Shown: positions 13,575-26,531 of the stretch, in pieces
Layout of the letters: each line of letters starts with the position of its first letter
Numbering within the stretch: the first letter of the stretch is position 1
Assembly (NCBI GenBank): GCA_964016885.1
Contig: OZ024743.1
Coordinates: 103,106,001 to 103,170,000, forward strand
DNA length: 64,000 nucleotides
From: Eledone cirrhosa
Lineage: Eukaryota
Direction of reading: 5' to 3'
Made by a program: the position numbers and the translations under genes
Notes under the pieces: generated by a model
Told to the model about the DNA's origin: nothing
Databases searched by the model: none
Seen by the model: the letters and a program-made list of their open reading frames with translations, nothing else

Positions 13575-13730
13575 GATCTCCGTCGGCTCTGGCGAAGAGT
13601 ACTGCAGTTTTTCGATCAACGGAACTGCCTACTTGCTGAAGGACACAACGAGCCACCTGATTCGGGAATCAAGCACAGAACCTTACGATCATGACACGAA
13701 CACTCTAACTACCAAGTCACGCGCTTTCAC
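13575..13730 (-). mobile_element. Degenerate tRNA-derived SINE
   Basis: tRNA-like head followed by TGTGTCCTTCAGCAAG; related to 31118-31240. Confidence 0.5.
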
Positions 13731-15502
13731 ACAACAGCGGAATAGATTACTATAGAATATAGTTAAGCTAGTCCCATATTCTAGTGGGGCACCGAGATTG
13801 GCATAATCTTAATGCCCTATATAAAGAAGTTAGCCAAAGAAAGCTTAGACGTTTCAAGTTCAGACGGTATATAATTTCGAGCTGTATCGTCTGAACTTGA
13901 AAACAGCTGCAAACCAATAAAACATCGATTGATATTGAAGTAAACTGTAGAATCCACAGAAACTGTCTCGAGAATATAAGCAGTTTCCTACGAAACAATT
14001 TATTACACTTTCTAATTGGTTAATACAGTTTTGCTGTTGCTCGCAGTGGGGAGCTATATCTACTGTTGCAGAATATTTGCAAATTAATTTGCTAGACAAA
14101 ACACAGCACTGTGGAAAGGATAGTAAACCTCAGCACCCTATCACGCAATCGACTTGACCTGCTGCAACTACTAACAAAGATTTGCAAATGTAAATAAAAA
14201 GGAAAAATCCCAAAGCAATTATAATTTGTAAATTGTAAATGAGTAAGGTTTAAGCCTCTCGTTGATAACAAGGAAAATAATTATATCAAATTGTTATAAT
14301 TAAAAGATTTAAAAAGATGTCGCTATAAACACTTTCTAATCGTGTCTTCATTAGAATAACGCTGGTAAACTTATTCGTTGGAAGCTTATCACATGATCAA
14401 CTTACGTTCAACCTCTGTTTAGAACATTGTTAAATCTATAGAAACGCTGCTTTGTTCTAGTCCTACCAACCGTTCTTCGTAAGTCTCAAGGGAATACCGC
14501 ATTAATGTACTGATCCCAGGCCATTATTTTGTTATCGATAAAATAAAGTACCAGTAATGCACTGGATATTTGCTGGCCTTGTGCCAAACGTAGAAACAAT
14601 TATTTTGTTATCTTTAAAAATATTTACTCTATATTTCCAGTTGCTTTGTGAAAATAGAAAGGAGAAACACTAGATATGTTGAGAGAACCAGTGGGATTTG
14701 TCGGGGATGCACTTGTTGTTTGAGCAATCGACAGCAGGGAATATGACATCCAATTAAAAGAGACGGTTGATCAATCTGAACCTTCCTGGGAATATTGCAT
14801 TATTTTGGTGGAATTCGGAGACTAATTACATAAGCTGACGTCTGAAAATCAGACTTTGAATGAATGCAGATTGCTACATTGAAAGTTAAAGAGCAGGCAG
14901 CTGAAGACATAGATAATACGCTTGACACTGTTCCATGCGATTATGGAAACGAAGAAACTGATGTCAAAGGGAGAATCGGAATAGTGATATAAATTGTTTT
15001 TGTTGAAAAGTGTTATCTTATAGCATATCATTGAGCATTCATAACCTACATAGTTAGGTATATAATGTTCAACAATGAAAACATGAGGCAATATGAAATA
15101 GTTAATTAATCCATGTTCACGATCGTTTCAAGGGGAAAAAGTAAAATATACCGATATATAGACTCATTTATAGCAGTCATGCAACTCAATACTATTAACC
15201 TCAATGAAACACAAATACCGTGCCATCTATTTCGACTGTTTCATTTTTTTCTTCTAAACCCTCTCCCATCCTCTTCGCCCGCCTATCACCGCTGCCTTGG
15301 ATCTGTGTTGATTGTATCTATTGAAGAAAAACCTAGAAACCTGAAGATAGACGTCAGAAGGATGTGCTTGTTTTCAAAGCTAATAATATGGATTGCAACT
15401 GTATGGGTAATTTGTCACGTGGCCGGAAAGTGTCGTGAGAGTTTTTTTAGGGCTGGTAAAACTTGATTGGATTTTCCCATCAAAACAAAGTTTACAGGTT
15501 TT

Positions 15503-15545
<43 letters not shown>

Positions 15546-15639
15546 ATATATAAATATTTATATATATGGTGGATACCTAAATGTATTCATGAGTGAATAA
15601 CAATAATATTATAATAATATCATAACATTATTAATATTC

Positions 15640-15860
15640 GGTGGTGGATTGGCAGTATCGGTAGAGGGTCGGACGCCATGCTTTGACGCATAGAGTTACG
15701 GCGCTTGCCATTCTGAGTTCAAATCCCGCCGAGGTTAACTTTGCCTTTCATCCTTACGGGGTCGATAAAATAAAGTACCAGTCACGCAGTGGGGTCGATT
15801 TAATCGACTTCCCCCTCCCCCCAAAAATTGCTGGCCTTGTGCTTATATAAGAAACCAATA
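15640..15860 (+). mobile_element. Best-preserved copy of the dominant SINE family
   Basis: GGTGGTGGATTGGCAGTATCGGTAGA...GAGTTCAAATCCCGCCGAGGTTAACTTTGCC...GCTGGCCTTGTGC; many related copies in the window. Confidence 0.8.
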
Positions 15861-17489
15861 TGGAATTGGATAAATAGTGTAGATTAATCTACACAGGGAT
15901 ATATATCGAAAAGGTATTCCACTAAGATTCTGAGCAGAACATTTTATTCTGTTTCAGTTTAACTAGCTGTTGAGTTCAAGTAAGATATTTTATGGCAAAG
16001 CTATAGTTATTTTTAATAAATTAACTTTTGGTCTAAATAGTTCTTTGACTGTAATCTGATTAATGTTGCAAAAAAACGAGTTAATTCCCCACATCATTTA
16101 CACCTGTATTTCGTGAAATATATTAATTTATGTGTTTGCATATAATGTACACATTTGTGGAGAGAGACGGTGTAAGATATATACACATATAATTATATTT
16201 GTAGGTGCATTTGAATCTATATATAAATGTCTGTGATTCTGTCACAACACATAAAGAGAGAAAGAGAGGAGTAGTTTGACTAACTCATACTCCTCCTCTC
16301 TCTTTACGTCTGTTGCTGGCGTGAATGTATGTGTGTATAAAAGGAAGGCAGGGTGTGATGAAAAAACTATAGCAAAATAGTGGCTGGCGTTCCATTTGTT
16401 ATGCTGTGTATGTGTGTATGTGTTTATGTTGATGTATGTATCTGTTGTGTGAATGTATGTCTGAGTGTGTATTTTTGTAAGTGTGTCTGTGTTTGCACGC
16501 TTATATTTATATACTCATATATATGAAAGTATGCATATGCACATACACACACGCACCCATATATTCACATACGCGTCAGCGTGTTGAAAAAAATCCTAGT
16601 ATTATAAAAAGCCTTAAAAGCTACGTTTAGATTTAAGCTAGTCTAGATTTAAGCGTAACTATGAGGGAACAGAATCATAAAAGGTTTACCATTACTAAGG
16701 GCTTGCTAAAATAAGTTCTACACAAATTCTGGATTTGTTTAGGCTTAATTCAACATTGGTTTTAACCATGTAGGGTTTTTCAAAATATTAAGTATTATTG
16801 TGAGCTTCATACTTTTCCGATAGCAATATCGGCGAAAATAAAATGGTTTTCAAATGGTTTTGATTGAAAGCACAGTATTGCTTGATTCATATTATTGCAT
16901 TAAACCACAGGGTAGTTGAAGAGTAAACGGTTACAGCGTCGGACAAAATGTTTTTTAGCATATAGTTATGGCCATTTGCGTTTTGAGTTCGAATCCCACC
17001 AAGATCAACATTGCTGTTCATTCTTCCAAGGTAGGTAAAATAAAGCGCCAGGGTCAATTTAATCGAATTTCCCCTCCTCACAGATTCTTGAGCTTGTGCC
17101 TAAGTTAGGTATCGCCTTGCTTGATTCACATTATTTAATTAACCCTGGAAGGATGGGAAGTAAATACCAGTTAGGTGGGATTTGAAGTAAGAACTTAAAA
17201 GGACTTAACTAAATACCACCAGGTATTTTATCATGGACTACGTCCATCTTGCATAGGTTGCAAGAGGAACCTAAATAATACTGGTTTCGTTAGACTGGTG
17301 AGAACTCTCTATATATTCATGAGGGGATTGTATTCCACCTGCATTTTTCAAGGGCATTATTTGTGTAAGTGATATGAAATGATACGGGAATTGATATAGC
17401 CAGACCATAACTGCTATTATATTAATAAAAGAAAGGTTGATATACCATAACATCCCATTTTACTTCTACTTAGAAACGCAGTTATTAAT

Positions 17490-17990
17490 ACAACGTAGTG
17501 TAACTCTTTACAACATAATATATGTCCTGCCAACATAGCATATCTCCTTACAACATAATGTATCTCCTTATAACATAGTATATCACCTTATAACATAGTA
17601 TATATCCTTACAACATAGTATATCTCCTTACAGCATAGTACGAGGGTCTGCTGAAAACTTGCATGCATTAAGTTCAACAATTCTTATTAATAACTATATG
17701 TTGAAAAATAAACTTCATTTGGTCATTCAATGAGAGTATCTTTGTCAGCTTATGAACCTTTCAGCCGAAGTTCGTATCTTACATTCTAGCATAGTATATC
17801 TTTTTACATAGTATATCCCCCTGTAACATAGTATATCCTCCTATAACATAGTGTATCATCTTACAACATAGTATTTCCACTTATGCATAGTATATCAACA
17901 TCATATATCCTCTTCCATAAAGTATATATCTTTACAACATCGTATATCCTCATAACATAGTATATCCCCTTATATAGTTTATCACCTTGC
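17490..17990. repeat. ~21-22 bp minisatellite (TACAACATAGTATATCTCCT-like)
   Basis: Tandem degenerate units, interrupted by a MITE. Confidence 0.75.
17641..17774. mobile_element. Tc1/mariner-type MITE
   Basis: TA|CGAGGGTCTGCTGAAAA ... TTTCAGCCGAAGTTCG|TA: imperfect TIRs with a TA target duplication. Confidence 0.6.
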
Positions 17991-18957
17991 ATTATAGCGT
18001 ATTGCCTTATACTGCGTCTGTCATATTAATTGATTATGATTCAATTATTCCTCCACATTTGCAGGTACATACACATACATATATGCACATCTGTACACAC
18101 ACACACACACACACACATACAAACACTAATTTTCGTGTAAAAATGTTTATATATATATATATCCATAGAATGGAATTGATTTCTATGAAAGAATGGGAAG
18201 TATCACACAAAAATATCAAGAGAAGCATGAGTATAATATTGCTGTTTGCATGGTTTTAATAGATAATTTAATTATTTGGAACAAATGATTTTCGAGGCAC
18301 GACATTCCATCACATACGTTCGCACATATTCCAGTAAATAGACAGGTATTCGCGCTGTTTTGTACAAGCTCGCAGCCGTCTTATAGAGATTACATCTCTA
18401 TTTGACACCATTTCTCAGAAACACTTAATTTATTTCCCTCTGCAATAATCTGATTTAAAAAATAATAAAGTAAATTATCTCCTAACCATTTACTGTCTTC
18501 ATCCAACACGAATAGCAATTATCGATTATATTTCAAAACTATATAAAAAAAATAAATAAAACAATATGTTAATACTTACAGAATATCTCAGGCTATATTA
18601 GAATTGTTACTGTCGTTGATATTCTTTCTTTGTTCTGACAATAGTTGCAATGTTTGTTATCGCTACTTCAAATAGAGTGGACATTTTAATTGTGTTAACC
18701 ACTGTAAACAAACTTTTCCGTTTAATAACTTATCGGAATGTTCCGTTCATTTCTTGCTTTCTGAATTGATCAACACAAATGCATCATATTAATCCTAAAA
18801 TTTCTTTTCCTGTCAAAAAAAGATGGGTATGCACGCGTGTTTGTGTTAGTGTGTTTCTGGTGCAAATGCGTTTATTTATGTTTTGGCGTGTATCTGCGTG
18901 AATGTCAAGTACACACACACACACACACATATTTATATACACACACAAAAAAAACAG

Positions 18958-19010
<53 letters not shown>

Positions 19011-19619
19011 TAAATTGTGTTTTTATATTATTCAGTGAATCAGTGCATCTGTGTATATGATGCAGACAAAATAAAATAACGACACTTGTTGCATACCTTG
19101 TATTCAGACAGGCGACAAATTTATGACACCAAATATGAGAGTATTTACACTCTCAATAAAATGTGAAATAACTACCATGTATACTTTCACAAATCTGTCT
19201 GCAACTATATGTAGTTGCATTTATGTTTGCATGTATGTTTAAGCAAAAGTGTCTCGTTAGCCTATTATATGTCTCTAAGACATATGTGTGCTTTTTTTAG
19301 GAAAATATTCTGAAGTGAAAAACTGCAAGATTAGTTTTGATCTTTATGTTATCCAGTATAATCAATAATTATTTCTTCAGGCTGGAGGTGGAGGGAGCGA
19401 CGAAAATATGACGGTAGTCGAAACGTTTCCATAGTAACGTTTAGCACAAGAATATTCCTGTAAATATTCCATATGGTTACTTTGTTTTATCAATTTTACC
19501 ACAATTTAAAATCAATTTTGAATTAATTTTCTTTATCTTTTTACCATTTTGTCTTAGTAGCAGACGTAATTTTCATGATGTACAGTGTTAATTAAAAGTG
19601 AGAGTAAAAGGCAGGTATT

Positions 19620-20290
19620 AATAACAGCAGCTGCAACAACAGAAGCAACGACAGCTATATTAAGTACAGTAGCAGCAACAATAACATATTCTACAGCAGC
19701 AGCAATATCAGCAGCAATAGCAGCAGCAATAGCAGCAGCAATAACAGCAACAATAACATATTCTACAGCAGCAGCAATAGCAGCAACAATAACATATTCT
19801 ACAGCAGCAGCAATAGCAGCAGCAATAACAGCAGCAATAGCAGCAACAATAACAGCAGCAATAACAGCAGCAATAGCAGCAGCAATAGCAGCAGCATTAG
19901 CAGCAGCAATAACAGCAGCAATAACAACAGCAATAGCAGCAGCAATAACAGCAGCAATAGCAGCAGCAATAACAGCAACAATAGCAGCAGCAATAGCAGC
20001 AGCAATAACAGCAGCAATAGCAGCAGCAATAACAGCAGCAATAACAGCAGCAATAACAGCAGCAATAACAGCAGCAATAACAGCAGCAATAACAGCAGCA
20101 ATAGCAGCAGCAATAACATATTCTACAGCAGCAGCAATAGCAGCAGCAATAACAGCAGCAATAGCAGCAACAATAACATATTCTACAGCAGCAGCAATAG
20201 CAGCAGCAATAACAGCAGCAATAGCAGCAGCAATAACAGCAGCAATAACAGCAGCAATAACAGCAGCAATAACAGCAGCAATAGCAGCAG
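19620..20290. repeat. Compound trinucleotide/12-bp repeat (ATA(G/A)CAGCAGCA) with recurring ATAACATATTCTACA units
   Basis: Directly visible; the poly-Ala and poly-Leu ORFs are by-products. Confidence 0.9.
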
Positions 20291-20653
20291 TGTAAAACAG
20301 GGGATGCAATTTCAAAATTGTGCCGACGTAAAAGTGTGAATGCTATTTTATTAATGGATTAATAAAAAAAATATATTGTCTTGTCAAAAGCCGAGTTTAG
20401 CATCGCTACAACAGTAATAATTCCATCTGTTAAATTGTACATATCAATACTAATTACTCAACATATACATTTACCTGAAGATTGACACAAATAATGAGAA
20501 AATAGTGACAATCCATATAATATATATAATTAAGGTATAACGAGAGATACCTCATACGTATGTGAAATACAATCACACACTCTCTCTCTATCTCACACAC
20601 ACATACATACACACAAACACACATATATATATGTGTATATATATATTTGTGTG

Positions 20654-20795
<142 letters not shown>

Positions 20796-20847
20796 TATAT
20801 ATAAGAGAAATAGGATTTCGCTTCAAGCATAGCTTTGTACAATATGT

Positions 20848-21348
20848 ATAAATATTTCGTATCTCCAAAGAAATACGGTTTTAGGAAGTTTTAGCTATGC
20901 AAGCACCGGGGGGGGGGGGGGCTAACGCCCTCTGGTGATGTCCAGCAGAAGCAAGGGGGACAACCGTCTATGCATTTCAGGCTTAACTGGCCTTCGTCAG
21001 GACGGGCCCTCTCACCGCTTGCGACTGCTGGACTAGGAGACAGGCAAGAATATATAGTTTTCTCGTCTGTGTAAATGAGGTGATTTCTTTTTTTTATTAT
21101 AAGTTGAGCCAACTTATGCAGCTTCATATACAATTGAGATTAATCACTTCATTTACACAGACAAGAAAAGTATATATTCTTGCCTGTCCCCTAGTCCAGC
21201 AGTCGCAAGCGGTGAGAGGGACCGTCCTGGCGAAGGCCAGTTAAGCCTAAAATGCATAGACGATTGTCCCCCTTGCTTCTGCTGGACATCACCAGAGGGC
21301 TTGCATAGCTACGGCTTCCTAAAACAGTATTTCTTTGGAGATACGAAA

Positions 21349-21356
<8 letters not shown>
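20848..21356. mobile_element. Small head-to-head pLTR pair (non-autonomous PLE derivative) with HHR
   Basis: 20848-21085 is inverted relative to 21142-21356, with an HHR in each arm; right end in (TA)n. Confidence 0.75.
20965..21004 (-). ncRNA. Type I hammerhead (A10.1-U11.1 variant); mirror copy 21223-21262 (+) has core mutations
   Basis: CGTC-CTGACGA-AGGC(CAGTTAA)GCCT-GAAA-TGCA-TA-GACG. Confidence 0.75.
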
Positions 21357-21445
<89 letters not shown>

Positions 21446-21492
21446 AAGTGATATTTATACACACACACACAGACACACACACACACACACAT

Positions 21493-21531
<39 letters not shown>

Positions 21532-21743
21532 CAAATATAAATTAGCGAGAATCGTGTTTCGGCTTAGCAATTAACGAAAAACAACTTCCGAGATGTGTGG
21601 CAAGCGCTCGATGATTCAGATGAATCAGAGCTACAACATACGTTAAAGGCCAAACACACTGAGATGAGGGTTAAACAAAACATCCGCACAGCCAAAGAAA
21701 CGACCAAGTAATTCGGGTCAAACAATAAAAATATATGTGATTG

Positions 21744-21785
<42 letters not shown>

Positions 21786-21854
21786 GACGTAAAATAAGAA
21801 AATATTTTTTTAAAAAAATTAAAAAAAAAAAATTTTTTTCTTACTTAAATTTTC

Positions 21855-21936
21855 ACTCCAACTAATTAGTTTCTGCAATGGGATAAAGACAGTTACGTAA
21901 TCCAACTGTCGAGAATTCATTGCGTCATCAGGGAGT
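21855..21936 (-). ncRNA. Long-stem-II hammerhead, monomer copy 1
   Basis: Reverse complement of 23379-23460. Confidence 0.7.
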
Positions 21937-22420
21937 CTATTCTCAGTTAAGTCTCCAGGCAATGCGCGGACACTGGCGGCTCATATAAAAATAATAATAA
22001 TTCGGTAGATCGAACAGCTTGCGAGGACTGGATTCTATGTACCGAAATTCTCACTGCTTCAAGTCAAATGGCCGATTCTAAAGAATCAATCACGTGACAC
22101 AGAGGCTAGTTAGAAGGAATGGGATGGTAAGATGACTGACGCCTACTAACACCCCAAAAAAAATTTTTTTAGAAGTGGTTTTGACAAGTTTGCTCGACAA
22201 ATCAGTGATTTGGAGATAAATATAGATAATTTAATATATCAACTAACATAAGCGCACAGATGCACGCCCATGCCAGCAAATACACAGGTTATGTCATAGT
22301 ACCTAGGTGGTTCAATGCAGGAGAATGCAGAACAATAATATAAAGGACGTAAAATAAGAAAATATTTTTTTAAAAAAATTAAAAAAAAAAAAAAAAAATT
22401 TTTTTGTTACTTAAATTTTC

Positions 22421-22502
22421 ACTCCAACTAATTAGTTTCTGCAATGGGATAAAGACAGTTACGTAATCCAACTGTCGAGAATTCATTGCGTCATCAGGGA
22501 GT
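22421..22502 (-). ncRNA. Long-stem-II hammerhead, monomer copy 2
   Basis: Reverse complement of 23379-23460. Confidence 0.7.
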
Positions 22503-22980
22503 CTATTCTCAGTTAAGTCTCCAGGCAATGCGCGGACACTGGCGGCTCATATAAAAATAATAATAATTCGGTAGATCGAACAGCTTGCGAGGACTGGATT
22601 CTATGTACCGAAATTCTCACTGCTTCAAGTCAAATGGCCGATTCTAAAGAATCAATCACGTGACACAGAGGCTAGTTAGAAGGAATGGGATGGTAAGATG
22701 ACTGACGCCTACTAACACCCCAAAAAAAATTTTTTTAGAAGTGGTTTTGACAAGTTTGCTCGACAAATCAGTGATTTGGAGATAAATATAGATAATTTAA
22801 TATATCAACTAACATAAGCGCACAGATGCACGCCCATGCCAGCAAATACACAGGTTATGTCATAGTACCTAGGTGGTTCAATGCAGGAGAATGCAGAACA
22901 ATAATATAAAGGACGTAAAATAAGAAAATATTTTTTTTTAAAAATTAAAAAAAAAAAATTTTTTTCTTACTTAAATTTTC

Positions 22981-23062
22981 ACTCCAACTAATTAGTTTCT
23001 GCAATGGGATAAAGACAGTTACGTAATCCAACTGTCGAGAATTCATTGCGTCATCAGGGAGT
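22981..23062 (-). ncRNA. Long-stem-II hammerhead, monomer copy 3
   Basis: Reverse complement of 23379-23460. Confidence 0.7.
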
Positions 23063-23378
23063 CTATTCTCAGTTAAGTCTCCAGGCAATGCGCGGACACT
23101 GGCGGCTCATATAAAAATAATAATAATTCGGTAGATCGAACAGCTTGCGAGGACTGGATTCTATGTACCGAAATTCTCACTGCTTCAAGTCAAATGGCCG
23201 ATTCTAAAGAATCAATCACGTGACACAGAGGCTAGTTAGAAGGAATGGGATGGTAAGATGACTGACGCCTACTAACACCCCAAAAAAAAAAAAAAAAATC
23301 CCCAAAAAAAAAAATTATTATTATTTTTATATGAGCCGCCAGTGTCCGCGCATTGCCTGGAGACTTAACTGAGAATAG

Positions 23379-23460
23379 ACTCCCTGATGACGCAATGAAT
23401 TCTCGACAGTTGGATTACGTAACTGTCTTTATCCCATTGCAGAAACTAATTAGTTGGAGT
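23379..23460 (+). ncRNA. Long-stem-II hammerhead, monomer copy 4
   Basis: ACTCC-CTGATGA-C-GCAATG[..GACAGTT..AACTGTC..]CATTGC-A-GAAA-CTAATTAG-TT-GGAGT. Confidence 0.7.
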
Positions 23461-23939
23461 GAAAATTTAAGTAAGAAAAAAATTTTTTTTTTTTAAATTT
23501 TTTTAAAAAAATATTTTCTTATTTTACGTCCTTTATATTATTGTTCTGCATTCTCCTGCATTGAACCACCTAGGTACTATGACATAACCTGTGTATTTGC
23601 TGGCATGGGCGTGCATCTGTGCGCTTATGTTAGTTGATATATTAAATTATCTATATTTATCTCCAAATCACTGATTTGTCGAGCAAACTTGTCAAAACCA
23701 CTTCTAAAAAAATTTTTTTTGGGGTGTTAGTAGGCGTCAGTCATCTTACCATCCCATTCCTTCTAACTAGCCTCTGTGTCACGTGATTGATTCTTTAGAA
23801 TCGGCCATTTGACTTGAAGCAGTGAGAATTTCGGTACATAGAATCCAGTCCTCGCAAGCTGTTCGATCTACCGAATTATTATTATTTTTATATGAGCCGC
23901 CAGTGTCCGCGCATTGCCTGGAGACTTAACTGAGAATAG

Positions 23940-24021
23940 ACTCCCTGATGACGCAATGAATTCTCGACAGTTGGATTACGTAACTGTCTTTATCCCATTG
24001 CAGAAACTAATTAGTTGGAGT
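23940..24021 (+). ncRNA. Long-stem-II hammerhead, monomer copy 5
   Basis: Same motif as 23379-23460. Confidence 0.7.
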
Positions 24022-24500
24022 GAAAATTTAAGTAAGAAAAAAATTTTTTTTTTTAAAATTTTTTTAAAAAAATATTTTCTTATTTTACGTCCTTTATATT
24101 ATTGTTCTGCATTCTCCTGCATTGAACCACCTAGGTACTATGACATAACCTGTGTATTTGCTGGCATGGGCGTGCATCTGTGCGCTTATGTTAGTTGATA
24201 TATTAAATTATCTATATTTATCTCCAAATCACTGATTTGTCGAGCAAACTTGTCAAAACCACTTCTAAAAAAATTTTTTTTGGGGTGTTAGTAGGCGTCA
24301 GTCATCTTACCATCCCATTCCTTCTAACTAGCCTCTGTGTCACGTGATTGATTCTTTAGAATCGGCCATTTGACTTGAAGCAGTGAGAATTTCGGTACAT
24401 AGAATCCAGTCCTCGCAAGCTGTTCGATCTACCGAATTATTATTATTTTTATATGAGCCGCCAGTGTCCGCGCATTGCCTGGAGACTTAACTGAGAATAG

Positions 24501-24582
24501 ACTCCCTGATGACGCAATGAATTCTCGACAGTTGGATTACGTAACTGTCTTTATCCCATTGCAGAAACTAATTAGTTGGAGT
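24501..24582 (+). ncRNA. Long-stem-II hammerhead, monomer copy 6
   Basis: Same motif as 23379-23460. Confidence 0.7.
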
Positions 24583-24766
24583 GAAAATTTAAGTAAGAAA
24601 AAAATTTTTTTTTTTTTTTATTTTTTTAAAAAAATATTTTCTTATTTTACGTCCTTTATATTATTGTTCTGCATTCTCCTGCATTGAACCACCTAGGTAC
24701 TATGACATAACCTGTGTATTTGCTGGCATGGGCGTGCATCTGTGCGCTTATGTTAGTTGATATATT

Positions 24767-24819
<53 letters not shown>

Positions 24820-24823
<4 letters not shown>

Positions 24824-26088
24824 GGATGGATCGTGAAGAAACTTGTTTAACTAGGTTTTTTTCGTGTGCTTTCGACAAGTTCAACCTTCGACATGTTTCC
24901 AATCGCCTTCTTTTCCAAACATAATTGAACCCAAAATCTTCCCTGGATGTGGTAAGGGAGACATCGCATTTATATCTAGAATTCACTAATACCAACAGAT
25001 GTCCTCTTTCGTTGAAAATGATTGCAATTCCCAGTGAGAGTCAGTTATACAATGACCATTAAAAAACTCCCAAGGTAAAACACTGCAAGTTGTCTGTCTC
25101 CATCTAGAAGAGAGATGTTCCTCACATGGTCATTCGTAGGTAGCTTATTCCAGACTTGCAGGGACCTAAAAACTCTTCATATAGGCTCCAAAGAAAATAG
25201 TTAAAACATTGTATATATTGAAGTTCTGTAAATGTTTTATAATTTTCGTATGATACATTTTTCTATTATTTTCTTTCTTTATTATATATATCACCTTCTT
25301 TTCCTGAAATGGAATGGGGCGGGGACCATCGGATTTTCACAGCCTCAGAGATTACTTCGGTGCGAATAACAGGTGCAGAAAGGGAGGGGGACACTCGGAG
25401 TTACAGATAAGCTGCTTAAATTTATAGAAAAGCAATCTTTTCCTTGATACTGAAGGATGTTTTGATCCTTCGTTATTTTGTACTATTGTGGAAAGCGTTG
25501 TAAGCTTAATTAATTAAGTGTTCCCTAATTTCAAAATCCACTATTCCAATGAGGAGTGGCTGTGCAAAAGAGCAATCCTTGCACTCCAAAACATCACAGT
25601 GAATACCATCAACGGAATTTCTCTTAACTGAACCCTGGAGACCTATAAAATCTACCGATGCTAAAAATATTGTATATACTGAAGTTCAGTATGTGTTTTA
25701 TAATTTTCACAGAATTGAGAGATCACAACTCCGATGTTATGAGCATGTGGTTAGAATGTCTCAGTAAAGAATCGCTGGACACATTTTACAGGTAAAAACC
25801 AACCATCAAGAGACCCAGAGATAGACCCTGAGCAAGATAGTTGTATAACACCCATGAGCTTGGCTAGTCACGCTATTGGATCCAGCTGCATCAGTTAGAG
25901 ATGTTTGCTACTGACAGATTCGCTGGAAGGAGTGTTTGAGAAAGACTCTGCCCCCACGACTCTCTCAGAAATAAGTGGGTGAAGAAGAAGATATTGTCAA
26001 TTTACTTTTCAATTTACATATATCTATATGCATATATATTTGCGATAATACCAATATGCACACTACGGGGGCGGTTTTTCTGTTAGTA
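24820..26088 (+). mobile_element. Decayed Helitron remnant (PIF1-like helicase C-terminus at ~24985-25230)
   Basis: Broken frames give IPTDV..LQFPVRVSYTMTI..SQGKTLQVVCLHL...SHG..VAYSR..KNIVY. Boundaries approximate. Confidence 0.6.
25710..25991 (+). mobile_element. RTE LINE 3' end with (GAA)n tail
   Basis: Similar to 41200-41440 (IERSQLR..HVVRMS); ends GTGGGTGAAGAAGAAG. Confidence 0.65.
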
Positions 26089-26450
26089 TATATAATCGCA
26101 GCAAACATCTGAAAGTAATATTTTACACCGTGGTTAGTTCGAGGTCCACGTTACTTTATATAATATTATACAATTGAAGGCTTTATTAGAAAAACCTCCA
26201 GTAGTATCGAAATGCAGTAACAGGAAACTCGGAGTATAGAAAGAGTAAGATATCAAATTTGATAGCAGTTAAAGCGGTGGATTGGCAGAATCATTAGAGT
26301 AGTGCAAAAATACACTGTGATATGTGTTCCGAAATAATTGACTTTCCCCTTCTTCGAAATTTCTGGCCTGTGCCAATGTTAAAAATAATTAAATTCATTT
26401 ATTTCTTGAAGAGCTTTATTTACGTTGAACACATACACTCATACATATAC

Positions 26451-26531
<81 letters not shown>

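Larger units (their letters stand above)
21781..24772. mobile_element. 3-kb palindrome of tandem ~561-nt HHR-bearing non-coding monomers (retrozyme-like)
   Basis: Left arm (minus) has periods 560/566 and ~2.7 units; right arm (plus) has period 561 and ~2.6 units. Centre ~23281-23312; (TA)n on both sides; no credible ORF. Confidence 0.85.

Noticed and set aside
23716-23872. Pol III A/B boxes in the 561-nt monomer (GTTCGATC)
   Set aside because: Only a partial B-box match with atypical spacing; cannot be supported.
23914-24687. 94-aa and 70-aa ORFs in the 561-nt repeat
   Set aside because: They start at TTG, cross variable A/T tracts and change frame between copies, so the unit is non-coding.
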